Assembly: GCA_945932505.1 (NCBI GenBank)
Contig: CAMEQB010000001.1
Coordinates: 1 to 63,857 of the forward strand
Length of the DNA stretch: 63,857 nucleotides
From: an uncultured Spirochaetales bacterium
GTDB lineage: Bacteria > Spirochaetota > Spirochaetia > Sphaerochaetales > Sphaerochaetaceae
Direction of reading: 5' to 3'
The notes under the pieces were generated by a model. That model did no database searches and was not told the origin of the DNA. It was given only the letters and a program-made list of their open reading frames with translations. Shown here one piece after another: positions 46,565-56,396 of the stretch. A program made the translations under genes and the position numbers. Numbering within the stretch: the first letter of the stretch is position 1; every line of letters begins with the position of its first letter.

Positions 46565-47443
46565 ATGGGACTCTTTTCAAAGTTCAGTGCTAAGATAAAG
46601 CAGTTGTTTTCATCAAGAAAGATTGATGAAGCTTTCTTTGAAGAATTGGAAGATACACTGATCGAAGGTGATCTGGGAGCAAGACTCACAGATGAAATAA
46701 TCGAAACATTGCGTAAGGAAGCCAAGGCCAAGAATCTTGTGGAGGCTGCAGATTTACAGGATCTCATGAAAGAGCTTTTGAGCCAATATATCCACGCTTA
46801 TGACGTGGAATTAAAAGATGGACTCAATGTCTTTATGATTCTCGGTGTCAATGGAGTAGGAAAGACCACAAGTATCGCCAAGATGGCCAAGTGGTATACA
46901 AAGAAGGGAGAAAAAGTCCTTCTTGCTGCAGCAGATACTTTCCGTGCAGCAGCTGTAGACCAATTGGATATTCATGCTGAAAGACTTGGAATGAGAATAG
47001 TAAAGCAGAAAATGGGCTCAGACCCAGGAGCTGTAGTCTATGATGCCGTCACTTCAGCCATTGCCCAAGGAGATGATTTGGTGCTTGCAGATACGGCAGG
47101 TAGAATGCACAACAAAGAGAACCTTATGAGGGAACTCCAGAAGATGGATAAGATCGTCAAGGGTAGAGGTGTCAAGGAAGAGAACTACAAAAAGTTCATC
47201 GTCATTGATGCAACTACTGGTCAGAACGGCCTGTCACAGGCAATGCTGTTTAACCAAGCTGTAAAGCTGGATGGTGTTATTCTTACTAAATATGACTCTG
47301 CTGCAAAGGGCGGGGCTCTTGTCCAGATAGGAAAGAATCTGGGTATCCCTATTGCCTTTGTGGGTACAGGAGAGGGGTATGATGATATTCATCCTTTCGA
47401 TAAGGAAGAGTATCTTAATGCCCTTATCGGTTTGGATAAATAA
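46565..47443 (+). CDS. ftsY: signal recognition particle receptor FtsY (short form, no acidic A-domain)
   Basis: NG domain with GVNGVGKTT, DTAGR and TKYD.AAKGG. Confidence 0.95.
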   Translation: MGLFSKFSAKIKQLFSSRKIDEAFFEELEDTLIEGDLGARLTDEIIETLRKEAKAKNLVEAADLQDLMKELLSQYIHAYDVELKDGLNVFMILGVNGVGKTTSIAKMAKWYTKKGEKVLLAAADTFRAAAVDQLDIHAERLGMRIVKQKMGSDPGAVVYDAVTSAIAQGDDLVLADTAGRMHNKENLMRELQKMDKIVKGRGVKEENYKKFIVIDATTGQNGLSQAMLFNQAVKLDGVILTKYDSAAKGGALVQIGKNLGIPIAFVGTGEGYDDIHPFDKEEYLNALIGLDK

Positions 47444-47445
47444 GT

Positions 47446-48348
47446 ATGGGAAAACATCTTCTCTTCCTTCCTTTTTTTCTACTCTTTCCAGCTCTTCTAT
47501 TTGGAAGCGTATGGAACTCCAATGTACTGGGACAGAAGCTTTCTATTAAGGAAGCACAGGAAGGTATTGGATGGGAAAGAGTAGATAGCGAGGGTGTTTC
47601 AACTCTTTACTTTAATGGGAATGTAGAGAAGACAAGAACAGAGTATCCTGATGGGTATGAAGAGAAGAGTGGAGACGAAAGCATCAGATACTTTTTCGGA
47701 GAGGAAGGGGAACTCGTAAGAAAGATTATTAAGAGTGAGAGTGGAACAGAAGAATACAACTATTTTTATTCTGGTTCTATGCTCTCCTCCTTCTCCCATT
47801 CAGTAGATGGTATTCTCGTTGAAAATACTGAGTATATAAGAACTCCAGATGGAGTAGTATTGGCCCTGATAAAGAACGAGAACCCTATGTATTTCTCTTC
47901 CTCCGCCATATATGAAATGGTAGACGGCCAACTCGAAACCTTCACGATGAAAGAGGAAGAAGAGAAGAGCGGGAAACTCTGGAATGATGACGGGGGATAC
48001 ACTGAGGATAAGAAAGAAGACGGAGTTGTGGTTACCTACTCTTATGATGGTAACGGAAGACTAGTTGAAAAAAAGAGTGATATCTTTCGTATTACTTATA
48101 CCTACAGAGAGGATGGCTCGTTAAAGGAATCATTAGAAGAAAACAGCGAAGGAAAAACAAAGACCGAGTATATTAATGGAAAACTTTCTGCAATCTATTC
48201 TTATACTTCTTCTCTTGTCCTAAAGAGTATTAGAAAACCTCTTATAGACGGAACATATGAAGAGACAAGATATATAGATGGAGTTCCTCGTTATATCTTC
48301 CATTTCGATAGAGACGGAGAAAGAATATTGGAGGCAAGAGGCTTATGA
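47446..48348 (+). CDS. secreted hypothetical protein with YD/MORN-like beta-hairpin repeats
   Basis: Signal peptide MGKHLLFLPFFLLFPALLFG. Repeated motifs of the form Y.Y...G.L (VTYSYDGNGRLVEKK, ITYTYREDGSLKES, TEYINGKLSAIYSY). Its stop overlaps the next start (ATGA). Confidence 0.55.
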   Translation: MGKHLLFLPFFLLFPALLFGSVWNSNVLGQKLSIKEAQEGIGWERVDSEGVSTLYFNGNVEKTRTEYPDGYEEKSGDESIRYFFGEEGELVRKIIKSESGTEEYNYFYSGSMLSSFSHSVDGILVENTEYIRTPDGVVLALIKNENPMYFSSSAIYEMVDGQLETFTMKEEEEKSGKLWNDDGGYTEDKKEDGVVVTYSYDGNGRLVEKKSDIFRITYTYREDGSLKESLEENSEGKTKTEYINGKLSAIYSYTSSLVLKSIRKPLIDGTYEETRYIDGVPRYIFHFDRDGERILEARGL

Positions 48349-49415
48349 TTCCATATCTCTCCTCCAGGTATTCTTTCTCTACATCCTTCAAACAACGAGA
48401 CAGGGCTATAAGAGCTGTTGTAGCTATTGCATTATCCCTGGTTGTAGTCAATGTAGTCATCTCTATTATGGATTTTCTGCAGAATGGGAGATTTGAAGAT
48501 ATCAGGGACGTGAGAAGCTTCGATATCGTTGTTGAAGGTAAGCACAAAGAAGAGCTTACGCCTCTTTTCCCAGATGGCACTATCTTTGAGTATGGAGAGG
48601 GGGAAGCACTCTCCAGTAACGGTGCATATAATGTAAGATACATCTCCTCAGACTATGAGGGAGGCTTGAACATCATCTTTGGTGACACTTCGTCGCTATT
48701 GGTGCCTTACTCTCTATTCCGCGCCTCCAATGGAAAGCTTAGCTTATCGATGCTGAGAAAGGGAAAGGCTGCAACGACGATGAAGAACTTCGAGTTTTCT
48801 ATCAGCGGCATCTATTGGACCAATGTAGGGACAGAGTTTGATCAATCAACAGTATTTCTTCCTGTAGAACAGGCTGATGAAACAGTGTTCTTTCTTACAG
48901 CAATAAAAAACGTAGACATAAAAGAGTGTGAGAAGACATTAAAGAAATTAGGCCTAGTGTATAAGACATGGAAAGACCAGGAATCCAGTCTTTATGCCGC
49001 TTTCTTTGTAGAGAAAGCCATGATGTATACAGTTCTTTCCCTCTTGTTTGTAATAATCTTGGTGTCTCTAAGACAATCAGTGAGAATCTTTGTCTCTAGC
49101 CACGATAAAGAGTGTGCAGAGCTTGAAATACTGGGAATGGAGAAGAAAAAGATACTCTTTATGATGGAGTTGTCTTTCTTCTTTATGCTGATAATTGGAA
49201 TAATCATAGGCTTAGTTTTTGGAAGGCTTTCACTTATACTTGTGGAGTATATAAGTAAAAAGTCTCCTTCCATCATGGATATGACTCTCTCCATGAGTTA
49301 TGGCTCCATGGTATTCTTCTCTCTATTTCTAGTTGTGGTTACAAGCTTATCTATATACTTTGAAAACAAAAAGAGAAATAAGAGACCTCTATGGGAGGTA
49401 ATCCATGTCAAATGA
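48345..49415 (+). CDS. FtsX-like ABC permease (LolC/E-like), first copy
   Basis: An N-terminal TM helix, a large extracytoplasmic loop, and three C-terminal TM helices. The start pattern SRYSF...R...AVVAIALSLVV is typical of the MacB/LolCE family. Confidence 0.75.
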   Translation: MIPYLSSRYSFSTSFKQRDRAIRAVVAIALSLVVVNVVISIMDFLQNGRFEDIRDVRSFDIVVEGKHKEELTPLFPDGTIFEYGEGEALSSNGAYNVRYISSDYEGGLNIIFGDTSSLLVPYSLFRASNGKLSLSMLRKGKAATTMKNFEFSISGIYWTNVGTEFDQSTVFLPVEQADETVFFLTAIKNVDIKECEKTLKKLGLVYKTWKDQESSLYAAFFVEKAMMYTVLSLLFVIILVSLRQSVRIFVSSHDKECAELEILGMEKKKILFMMELSFFFMLIIGIIIGLVFGRLSLILVEYISKKSPSIMDMTLSMSYGSMVFFSLFLVVVTSLSIYFENKKRNKRPLWEVIHVK

Positions 49416-50091
49416 ACTATTAAGAGTCGAGAATCTCTCTAAGTCATATCCTAGTGAAGAGAAAGACGGGAAATTAGTTATTCTTGAAGATATTAATCTA
49501 TTTTTATCAGAGGGTGAGACGATCGCCATTACAGGTAAAAGTGGATGTGGTAAGTCTACGCTGTTATCTCTCTTGGCTTTACTCTCTCCCAAAGATGGAG
49601 GAAAGATATACTACGAAGGCGTAGACACAGATGTGTTAAAAGAAAAGGACCTTCCAAAACTAAGAAATGAGAAGATGGGATTTGTCTTCCAAAACTCTAT
49701 GCTCCTAGAGGATTTTTCAGCCCTGGAGAATGTAGCCATGCCTCTTATGATCAAAGGCGAAAAGAAAAAGGCGGCCTTTGAGAAAGCGGAAGAGTACTTA
49801 AAGATGGTGGGGATTGAGGAAAGAAAGAATCATAGACCCAACAAACTCAGTGGTGGCGAGAGACAACGTACTGCCATTGCAAGAGCTCTAATAACAGAGC
49901 CCAGTGTTGTATTTGCAGACGAGCCTACAGGAAGCTTGGATGAAAAGACGAGCAGAGTAATCGAAGAGCTGTTGATAGAAAGTGTAAAGAAGACCAATAG
50001 AGGTTTGATCCTTGTTACACATAATCCTCTCTTTGCAGCCAAGGCTGACAAAGTCTATGTCTTGTCTGGCGGAGTATTAAATGAGAAATGA
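49405..50091 (+). CDS. ABC transporter ATP-binding protein (LolD/MacB-type)
   Basis: Walker A GKSGCGKST, signature LSGGERQR, and Walker B VVFADEPTGSLD. Confidence 0.92.
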   Translation: MSNELLRVENLSKSYPSEEKDGKLVILEDINLFLSEGETIAITGKSGCGKSTLLSLLALLSPKDGGKIYYEGVDTDVLKEKDLPKLRNEKMGFVFQNSMLLEDFSALENVAMPLMIKGEKKKAAFEKAEEYLKMVGIEERKNHRPNKLSGGERQRTAIARALITEPSVVFADEPTGSLDEKTSRVIEELLIESVKKTNRGLILVTHNPLFAAKADKVYVLSGGVLNEK

Positions 50092-50131
50092 CGGAGAAGG
50101 ACTATATTTAAAGAGAAAAGAGGGAAGAGGC

Positions 50132-51220
50132 ATGGGTGTGAAGTGGACACTCCATAGCTTGGTTCCTGCTCTTTTGATAGTCCTTATTACAGCCTTACTT
50201 GTTTTTGCTTTTGTTTTCATCTCATCTATGACTACAGCCATAGATAGGATGATAGTTATGCTTGGCTCCGGTAATATTGTTTTATATGACGATTATGATA
50301 TATCAGAGTGGGAAAAAGCAGAGAAGTATCATGTAACCACATCCAGCGGAGTAGTTTTTTCTGATAACGGTAAGAGCCTTGTAAACATAAAGGGCATTGA
50401 GGAAGGATACTTTAATGGAGAGAGAGGTGAGACACTTAAACTCAGAAAGATAGAGTCTGCAGCCAGAAACCCTATAATAGTATCAAAAACACTTTCGGAT
50501 AGGATGAAGCTGGACTTTGGGGACACTATGACTCTAATGGTCTATGAAGAAGAGAAGAATAGAGCTAGACCGGTGCTGGTGACTGTAACAGGTATCTTTG
50601 ACTCCGGTTATGCCCAGCTTGATAGATACCTTTGTTATGTAGATTACTCTCTCCTGGGAGGAGAAGGTGAGTGGGAAGTTGTTCTCCGTGACAACAATGA
50701 AACAGATAAAAGAGCCCAAGAACTATGGGAGAAAGGAATATGGTCTGAAACTTACAGAGATAAGTATTCCTCTCTATATTTAAATGTTCAGCAGAGTGTC
50801 ACTATCCTATATGTAATACTTGCATCCGTTGCTCTCCTTGCCGCCTTCTTTTCTACAGATATTGTTCATGTATATCTTTCCAGGGATTATAGGGACATTG
50901 CGGCTCTTTCTATTCTTGGAATGGACAAAAAGAGAATAAGAAGAATTTACTTAATACTATCCCTGAGAGCTGTTATGGTGGCGTCTCTCTTGGGAACTCT
51001 TATAGGTCTTATACTTGGTTCTCTTTCTCCACTCCTGATCAAAGCGGTGGCGATATCGAACCCAGGGCTTGTGGAGTATTATATCTCATCATTCTCTGTA
51101 AAAGTTCCATGGTCTGCCATTATCCTTATGATCTTGGCTATGGCGCTACTTTCCCTTATCACTCTTTATGTATCTATCAGAAAAGAAAAAGAGCTCTTTA
51201 AAGTATCATATGAGGCATAA
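50132..51220 (+). CDS. FtsX-like ABC permease (LolC/E-like), second copy
   Basis: Same topology as 48345-49415. Start set at MGVKW (50132), preceded by agagggaagagg. An upstream ATG at 50081 is an in-frame alternative. Confidence 0.72.
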   Translation: MGVKWTLHSLVPALLIVLITALLVFAFVFISSMTTAIDRMIVMLGSGNIVLYDDYDISEWEKAEKYHVTTSSGVVFSDNGKSLVNIKGIEEGYFNGERGETLKLRKIESAARNPIIVSKTLSDRMKLDFGDTMTLMVYEEEKNRARPVLVTVTGIFDSGYAQLDRYLCYVDYSLLGGEGEWEVVLRDNNETDKRAQELWEKGIWSETYRDKYSSLYLNVQQSVTILYVILASVALLAAFFSTDIVHVYLSRDYRDIAALSILGMDKKRIRRIYLILSLRAVMVASLLGTLIGLILGSLSPLLIKAVAISNPGLVEYYISSFSVKVPWSAIILMILAMALLSLITLYVSIRKEKELFKVSYEA

Positions 51221-51270
51221 TTCTCTTTCCCTCTCGAAAAAAAATCTATTGCGTGGTACCCTTTTTCAGT

Positions 51271-52194
51271 ATGAGTTTAGAAGTCTTTTCTTTGGGCACC
51301 AGTGGAATGATGCCCCTTCCAGGTAGATTCCTCACCTCTGTTCTCCTTCGTAGAAAGGGAGAGTTGTTTTTGTTTGATTGTGGTGAAGGAACACAAGTAT
51401 CCTTAAAGATGCTCAATCTTAGCTGGAAGAAAATATCTGCAATATTCATCAGCCACATGCATGCTGATCATGTTACCGGGCTCCCTGGTCTATTGATGCT
51501 TTCCAGCCAGGTAGATAGAGAAGATCCTTTATATATCTATGGCCCTCAGAGACTGGGGGAGTATATCGAGGCCTCAAGAAGAATTCTTGATATGTACATA
51601 AACTATGAGATCAAGTTTATTCCTGTGGAGCCAGGAGAGATATATAGAGGGGAAGATTTCTCTATTAATTGTTTCCCTTTGGATCATACAAAGCCTTGCG
51701 TAGGCTACTCTCTTGTAGAGGACTATAGAAAGGGCGAGTTCTATCCAGATAAGGCAATGGCTCTGGGGGTACCCAAAGGACCAATGTTCGGAAGACTCCA
51801 AAGGGGTGAGAGTATAGTTTTGGATAATGGAAATGTAATCACTCCCGATATGGTAATGGGGGAAAAGAGAAGTGGAAGAAAGTTCAGTTATGTCACCGAT
51901 ACTCTATACTTTCCTGAGATTGCAGATTACGTCCACGACTCTGATATTCTCTTTTGTGAAGGAATGTTTGAAGATGAGCTGAGAGAAAGCGCTTGGGAAA
52001 AGAAGCACATGACTGCTTTGGAGGCAGCAATGGTAGCTAGAGACAGCAGGTCTGAGATGCTCTGTCTCCAGCACTATTCTCCTAGATATTCTGATAGAGA
52101 GTTGAAAATACTATTGAATGAAGCTAAGAGTATTTTCCCTAATACAATCCTAACTAAAGACCGTATGACTTTTGAAATACCATTAAAAGACTAA
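51271..52194 (+). CDS. rnz: ribonuclease Z
   Basis: Metallo-beta-lactamase motif SHMHADHVTGLPGLL. The N-terminus LGTSG..P...R and overall length are typical of short RNase Z. Start at MSLEV (51271). Confidence 0.9.
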   Translation: MSLEVFSLGTSGMMPLPGRFLTSVLLRRKGELFLFDCGEGTQVSLKMLNLSWKKISAIFISHMHADHVTGLPGLLMLSSQVDREDPLYIYGPQRLGEYIEASRRILDMYINYEIKFIPVEPGEIYRGEDFSINCFPLDHTKPCVGYSLVEDYRKGEFYPDKAMALGVPKGPMFGRLQRGESIVLDNGNVITPDMVMGEKRSGRKFSYVTDTLYFPEIADYVHDSDILFCEGMFEDELRESAWEKKHMTALEAAMVARDSRSEMLCLQHYSPRYSDRELKILLNEAKSIFPNTILTKDRMTFEIPLKD

Positions 52195-52200
52195 AAGAAG

Positions 52201-52224
52201 TGGCCTCAGATTTCTCCGAGGCCA
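52201..52224. terminator. bidirectional hairpin terminator between convergent genes
   Basis: tggcctc (52201-52207) pairs with gaggcca (52218-52224). T-rich sequence flanks the hairpin on both strands. Confidence 0.55.
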
Positions 52225-52242
52225 TTATTAAAAGAATATATT

Positions 52243-53535
52243 TTACTTTGAGAGCTCTTTGATTACTGAGTCTGCATTATGGCGGGCTGTAACGACAACA
52301 GACTTTCCTTCAAGCTCTTTGACTTTAGCCTGAACATCCTTTGCTCTAGCATATGGAAGGATAGCATAGACTTTGCCATCCATTGAAAGAGCAGGAACAT
52401 CAAAGGCCTCAGAGACTTTCTCTTCGCTTCCGGAATTGAATGCTGCAACAATAAGAGGATAATTACCGCTTCTTGATGCTGCGATTTCTTCTTCAATAGC
52501 TTCCTTGACGCTGAGTTCCGGCTCTTCTTCAACTGCTGAAGATACCTCTACTATTCTCTCGACAGGAACTTCGACTTCCTTCTCAACGATTTTCTCGACC
52601 GGTACTTCCACAATCTTTTCAACTATTCTCTCGACAGGAACTTCCACTTCCTTCTCAACGATCTTTTCTACCGGTACTTCAACGATCTTCTCGACAATCT
52701 TCTCAACAGGTACCTCGACGATCTTTTCGACTGGGACTTCCTTGACTAAGCTTCCTTCTGTTCCTTTTTCGATGACTGTCTCTTTGATTACGTCAACAGG
52801 GACTTCCTTCTCCACGATTCTGTCAACAGGAACCTTGATTTCAACTGGCCTATAGTCGTGCTTAATGATGATGTCTGCTTCAGCAGGAACTTCCTTTTCT
52901 GTCTCCACTGGAACTTCAACGATCTTCTCGACTGGAATTTCCTTGATGACTTCAACTGGTTTCTCAACGATTTTCTCTACAGGAATTTCCTTGATTACTG
53001 GAACCTGGACTTCCTTGACGACTTCAACTGGAACTTCCTTCAAGACTTCCTTAACGACTTCGACAGGTTTCTCCACAATCTTCTCTACTGGAACAGGAAC
53101 TTCCCTTATGATCTCTCTTGGAACTTCCTTTACCACTTCCTTGACAACCTCAACAGGTACTTCTTTAATAATCTCTTTTACCTGAGTGTACTGTCCACGT
53201 CTGTCAAACTCTGCAGCGTTGACGCCGGAAGGGGAGTTTGGATCATCCACGGGAGCTGAGTAGAGAGGAGAATCATAGGAATTAGGAGCAAGCTTATCGA
53301 TGTTGTCGCGATAATCATCATCTCCTCTTCGAGATGAAATAAGTGCAATTTCCAAAAATACAAGGCCTATGAGAATAGGCAGCGCCTTTGTCAGCACATT
53401 GTATATTTGTTCCCTTGTGATGTCATACGAAGGAACAATAAGAGTGATGAAGACTGCAGTAAAGGCAGCAAGGATGATTATGGATAGAATTATGCTTGTG
53501 AGCACAAGTTTCCATGTCTTTCTGGCTTTTGCCAT
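52243..53535 (-). CDS. membrane-anchored protein with a long (E/K)VPVE(K/R)IVEK-type repeat region
   Basis: Two N-terminal TM helices, then about 220 aa made almost entirely of V/E/K/P/I repeats, then an about 95-aa non-repetitive C-terminal domain. Confidence 0.7.
   Translation of the reverse strand: MAKARKTWKLVLTSIILSIIILAAFTAVFITLIVPSYDITREQIYNVLTKALPILIGLVFLEIALISSRRGDDDYRDNIDKLAPNSYDSPLYSAPVDDPNSPSGVNAAEFDRRGQYTQVKEIIKEVPVEVVKEVVKEVPREIIREVPVPVEKIVEKPVEVVKEVLKEVPVEVVKEVQVPVIKEIPVEKIVEKPVEVIKEIPVEKIVEVPVETEKEVPAEADIIIKHDYRPVEIKVPVDRIVEKEVPVDVIKETVIEKGTEGSLVKEVPVEKIVEVPVEKIVEKIVEVPVEKIVEKEVEVPVERIVEKIVEVPVEKIVEKEVEVPVERIVEVSSAVEEEPELSVKEAIEEEIAASRSGNYPLIVAAFNSGSEEKVSEAFDVPALSMDGKVYAILPYARAKDVQAKVKELEGKSVVVTARHNADSVIKELSK
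52545..53200 (-). repeat. coding tandem-repeat array (degenerate short periodicity; includes a 72-bp tandem duplication at 52551-52622 / 52623-52694)
   Basis: The two 72-bp units differ at roughly 9 positions by my alignment. The rest of the array is reiterated cttctc/aacgat/ggtacttc-type units. This also generates spurious STGTS-repeat ORFs on the plus strand. Confidence 0.85.
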
Positions 53536-53601
53536 TTTTGCCCTCCAAAGACGTGTTGTTTCACGCCGAGTTGTTATATATTATTATATGCTCGGGGTGA
53601 T

Positions 53602-54033
53602 ATGTTTACAAGATTCAAATTATTAACTATGGTTTTCTTTTTTCTCCTTTCTTTCATGTTGGTGACGTTTTTTTGGGGTGAAAACGGTTATTTTGAAAGA
53701 AAAGCCATGCAAAGCAATCTTGTTGCGCTCGATAGTAAAGCGAAAGAGAGAGAAATGGAACTTTCTCTTTTGAGGGAAAGAAATGAATACAAGAACGAAA
53801 GAGACCGGGGAGACTTGGAGTTAATCTACTCTTTTGACGATGATGGAACTGTCAACGGAAGTGTCTCCGATAGCCTCTTGGAAGAATATAAGGGGTTAAA
53901 ACTTTGGGAGTGTGCTCTCTGGGCTCTCGTTCCTACTATCATTTGTTTTGTGGTGATATCAATAGTTCCTCTTGTTGTAAAAAAGAAGAACAAAAAGAAT
54001 AGGGAGAATAAAATCTATGGCAGCGATAGTTGA
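53602..54033 (+). CDS. hypothetical bitopic membrane protein with FtsB/DivIC-like coiled coil
   Basis: N-terminal TM helix followed by GENGYF...L......E...L..E pattern, as in septum formation initiators. A second TM helix sits near the C-terminus, with a K-rich tail. Confidence 0.5.
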   Translation: MFTRFKLLTMVFFFLLSFMLVTFFWGENGYFERKAMQSNLVALDSKAKEREMELSLLRERNEYKNERDRGDLELIYSFDDDGTVNGSVSDSLLEEYKGLKLWECALWALVPTIICFVVISIVPLVVKKKNKKNRENKIYGSDS

Positions 54034-54574
54034 AGTCGAGAATATAGAAGAGACAGTAAAGAGACTGAAGAACGGGGAAGTGGGAATTATTCCCTCCGAT
54101 ACAATCTATGGAATAAGCTCCATGGTTAATGAAGAAGCCATGGAAAGAATCTATGAAATAAAGGAGAGGCCTCAGTCAAAGAAGTTGATTGTTCTCTCTG
54201 ATAAAGCCTCTCTGGAGAGTTTGGGCCTTATTGTGCCTGACTCCATCATGGCTCTTTGGCCATCTCCTCTTACTGTCATTCTTCCTACAAAGGATGGAGA
54301 AACTCTTGCTGTAAGAGTTCCTGACGACAAGTATCTTTCGTCTCTTTTGTCACATACGGGTCCACTGTTCTCTACAAGCGTCAATATATCAGGTAAGCCA
54401 TCTTTGGAGACTTTTGAAGATATTTATCCTATATTTTCAGATAGGGTTGATTTCATAGTAAGAAAGGAAAACATAGTCAAGGGTGAGAGCAGTACTCTTC
54501 TTGATGCCACTAAAAAACCCTGCCGTGTCATCAGGCAGGGCGCATATAGGGTGCCGGAAAGCTTACTTATTTAA
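54017..54574 (+). CDS. tsaC: L-threonylcarbamoyladenylate synthase (TsaC/YrdC family)
   Basis: G.VGIIPSDTIYGI, KERP..K.LIVL and FSTSVNISGKP motifs. Confidence 0.88.
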   Translation: MAAIVEVENIEETVKRLKNGEVGIIPSDTIYGISSMVNEEAMERIYEIKERPQSKKLIVLSDKASLESLGLIVPDSIMALWPSPLTVILPTKDGETLAVRVPDDKYLSSLLSHTGPLFSTSVNISGKPSLETFEDIYPIFSDRVDFIVRKENIVKGESSTLLDATKKPCRVIRQGAYRVPESLLI

Positions 54575-55859
54575 TCCTTCTAGCTTCCATGTAGTATCTC
54601 TTCTCGTTTGCGTGGCCGATGGAGAATGTCTTTCTTGGATATGCTCCATCTTTCAGCATGTCTGAGAAGAAGTTGTCTTTTGATACATCTGGAAGAATGA
54701 TACCCAAGTTTCCTTCTCTCTTTCCGATTTCTATTGTTACATCCACGCCATGAATGTAGTCGACTTCGCCTTTCTTTTCTTCAAGCATTTTGTCGATTAC
54801 AAGCTGAATCGTTCCAGCTGCAATGGCTTTTTCACCCTTTTCTACAGTGTAGACAATGAACTTATCGCCTTTAATTAGTCCAAAGTGCTGGCCAGGTGCG
54901 TTGATCTTCTTTTCCATCTCTTCCTTTGTTGCAACTTCTTCTTTGGTAAATGTTGCATACAGAGAGAGGAGAGAATCGAAGGAGGAGTCGTCTATATTGA
55001 AGAATACTCTGTGTATTGGCTCGAACTGGAGGCCGCTGTCAAAGATGTTCTCAAGTTCAACAAGTGCAAATCTAGCAGGATGATTCTTTCTATCTTCTTC
55101 TGAGAGGTCCTTTTTTACGTCTTCCCAACAAGACTTTGCTGTTGCAAGAGAGTGGTTTCCATCACCCATGGCAAATAAGAGAGGATTCTTTGGGTCCAGG
55201 GCGTCATATAGAGCCTTGAATGCAGTAGCGATTGCCTCTTTGTCTTCCTTGCTGTCTACTAGGTATCCAGTAATATGGCCGCCGTCTTTATTTAGGTCTG
55301 TGTCATAGACGACAGTGAGGGATTCTCTCTTATCTCTCAAAGGCTCGATAATAGATCGGTCTTTGTCAGAGATGAGGACCATGATATGAGGTAGCTCAAT
55401 AGGTGCATCCTTTCTTATCTCTTTTCTTGGTGGAATACGGGAGAGGATTGTACCTTCTGTCGCCCTTATAAGTGTTCTTGAGTCTTTTGCATAGGAGTAT
55501 GCTTCAAGATCCAAAGCAACCATCAAGCCATATCTTGTTCCACTTTCAGTGTCTCTTTTTACCAGTATGAAAGAGTCTTTGTACTCAGTAAAGACACCTT
55601 CTTTTAGGTATTTATTCATGTTCTCGTTAATAGAGGAGATGATGGCCTCTTTGTCACCAGTCTCAAGATATACTTCAGGATAAATGAGTCTAAGAGTACT
55701 CGGGCTATCTCCAACATACTCAGATAGACTTTCCCAATATTCAGGCTGGGATGTATATTGGTCACAGGCTACTACAGCCCATTTTTCACAGTCTATTCCC
55801 TTTTTGGGTAGGAGTATATCCGCAGCTTTAAAACCAAGAGTGGAAAAAATGTCATTCAT
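54567..55859 (-). CDS. DUF1015 family protein
   Basis: The N-terminal F.A...LP.........VACDQYTS, MGDGNHSLATAK and IHGVD patterns are typical of DUF1015. The 3' end overlaps tsaC by 8 nt (convergent). Confidence 0.8.
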   Translation of the reverse strand: MNDIFSTLGFKAADILLPKKGIDCEKWAVVACDQYTSQPEYWESLSEYVGDSPSTLRLIYPEVYLETGDKEAIISSINENMNKYLKEGVFTEYKDSFILVKRDTESGTRYGLMVALDLEAYSYAKDSRTLIRATEGTILSRIPPRKEIRKDAPIELPHIMVLISDKDRSIIEPLRDKRESLTVVYDTDLNKDGGHITGYLVDSKEDKEAIATAFKALYDALDPKNPLLFAMGDGNHSLATAKSCWEDVKKDLSEEDRKNHPARFALVELENIFDSGLQFEPIHRVFFNIDDSSFDSLLSLYATFTKEEVATKEEMEKKINAPGQHFGLIKGDKFIVYTVEKGEKAIAAGTIQLVIDKMLEEKKGEVDYIHGVDVTIEIGKREGNLGIILPDVSKDNFFSDMLKDGAYPRKTFSIGHANEKRYYMEARRIK

Positions 55860-56016
55860 ATATCAGTCTCCAAATAAAAGATTAGGTATAAATGAGTCTA
55901 TCACTGTTTTTGTTGTGTAAGCATCAATTATTTTTAAAAATTCTCAATTTTCCGAAAAACTAACTATTTAGATGTTTAATTTACGTTAATGTAATGGACC
56001 ACCACTCTTTGCCTTG

Positions 56017-56045
56017 TTGTTTCTCCTTCCTTCTCGTGGTAAAAT
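56017..56045 (+). promoter_or_regulatory. candidate extended -10 promoter giving a leaderless mRNA
   Basis: TTGTTT (56017-56022), a 17-nt spacer ending in TGG, then TAAAAT (56040-56045). The A of ATG 56052 lies 7 nt after the -10, and no SD is present. Confidence 0.35.
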
Positions 56046-56051
56046 CGAAGC

Positions 56052-56396
56052 ATGTTGGAATTACGGAGAATAATTGAGTTTTCATCAAGGGTGCACACCT
56101 ATCTAATGACTCTTTATATGTTCCTTGCCCTTTTGTTTGTTCTGTTCCTCTACTTTCCTGTCCAGGAGAGGCTGGTATCTGTAATCACGGTATTGCAGAT
56201 GGTTATGGGATGGACAATATTTTTGGAGGGGCTTTGGGTAATATCAGGGTCTATTCTTTGTTCCTGCTATTCGAAAGTCTTAGTTATTAGTCCAATAGTA
56301 AAGACAATTATCAGGCTTGTAGTATACTTCTTGATTTCAATTTTGCTTGATGCTGTAAACACTCTGATCACAGGAGGTTTTTCCTATGGAAGCTGA
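56052..56396 (+). CDS. small hypothetical membrane protein (about 4 TM helices)
   Basis: 114-aa strongly hydrophobic ORF that overlaps the aroH start by 11 nt. Confidence 0.45.
   Translation: MLELRRIIEFSSRVHTYLMTLYMFLALLFVLFLYFPVQERLVSVITVLQMVMGWTIFLEGLWVISGSILCSCYSKVLVISPIVKTIIRLVVYFLISILLDAVNTLITGGFSYGS

Noticed and set aside
52545-53200. Tandem repeats that might suggest a CRISPR array.
   Set aside because: There are no unique spacers of regular length. The repeats are degenerate, in frame and inside a CDS, and no cas genes are nearby. No other CRISPR-like periodicity was seen in the window.
52505-53259. Plus-strand ORFs encoding [10 protein letters not shown] and NFLDDFNW repeats.
   Set aside because: They are reverse-complement readings of the VPVEKIVEK repeat array. 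The minus-strand ORF is continuous, has TM helices and a unique C-terminal domain, and sits in a sensible convergent arrangement.
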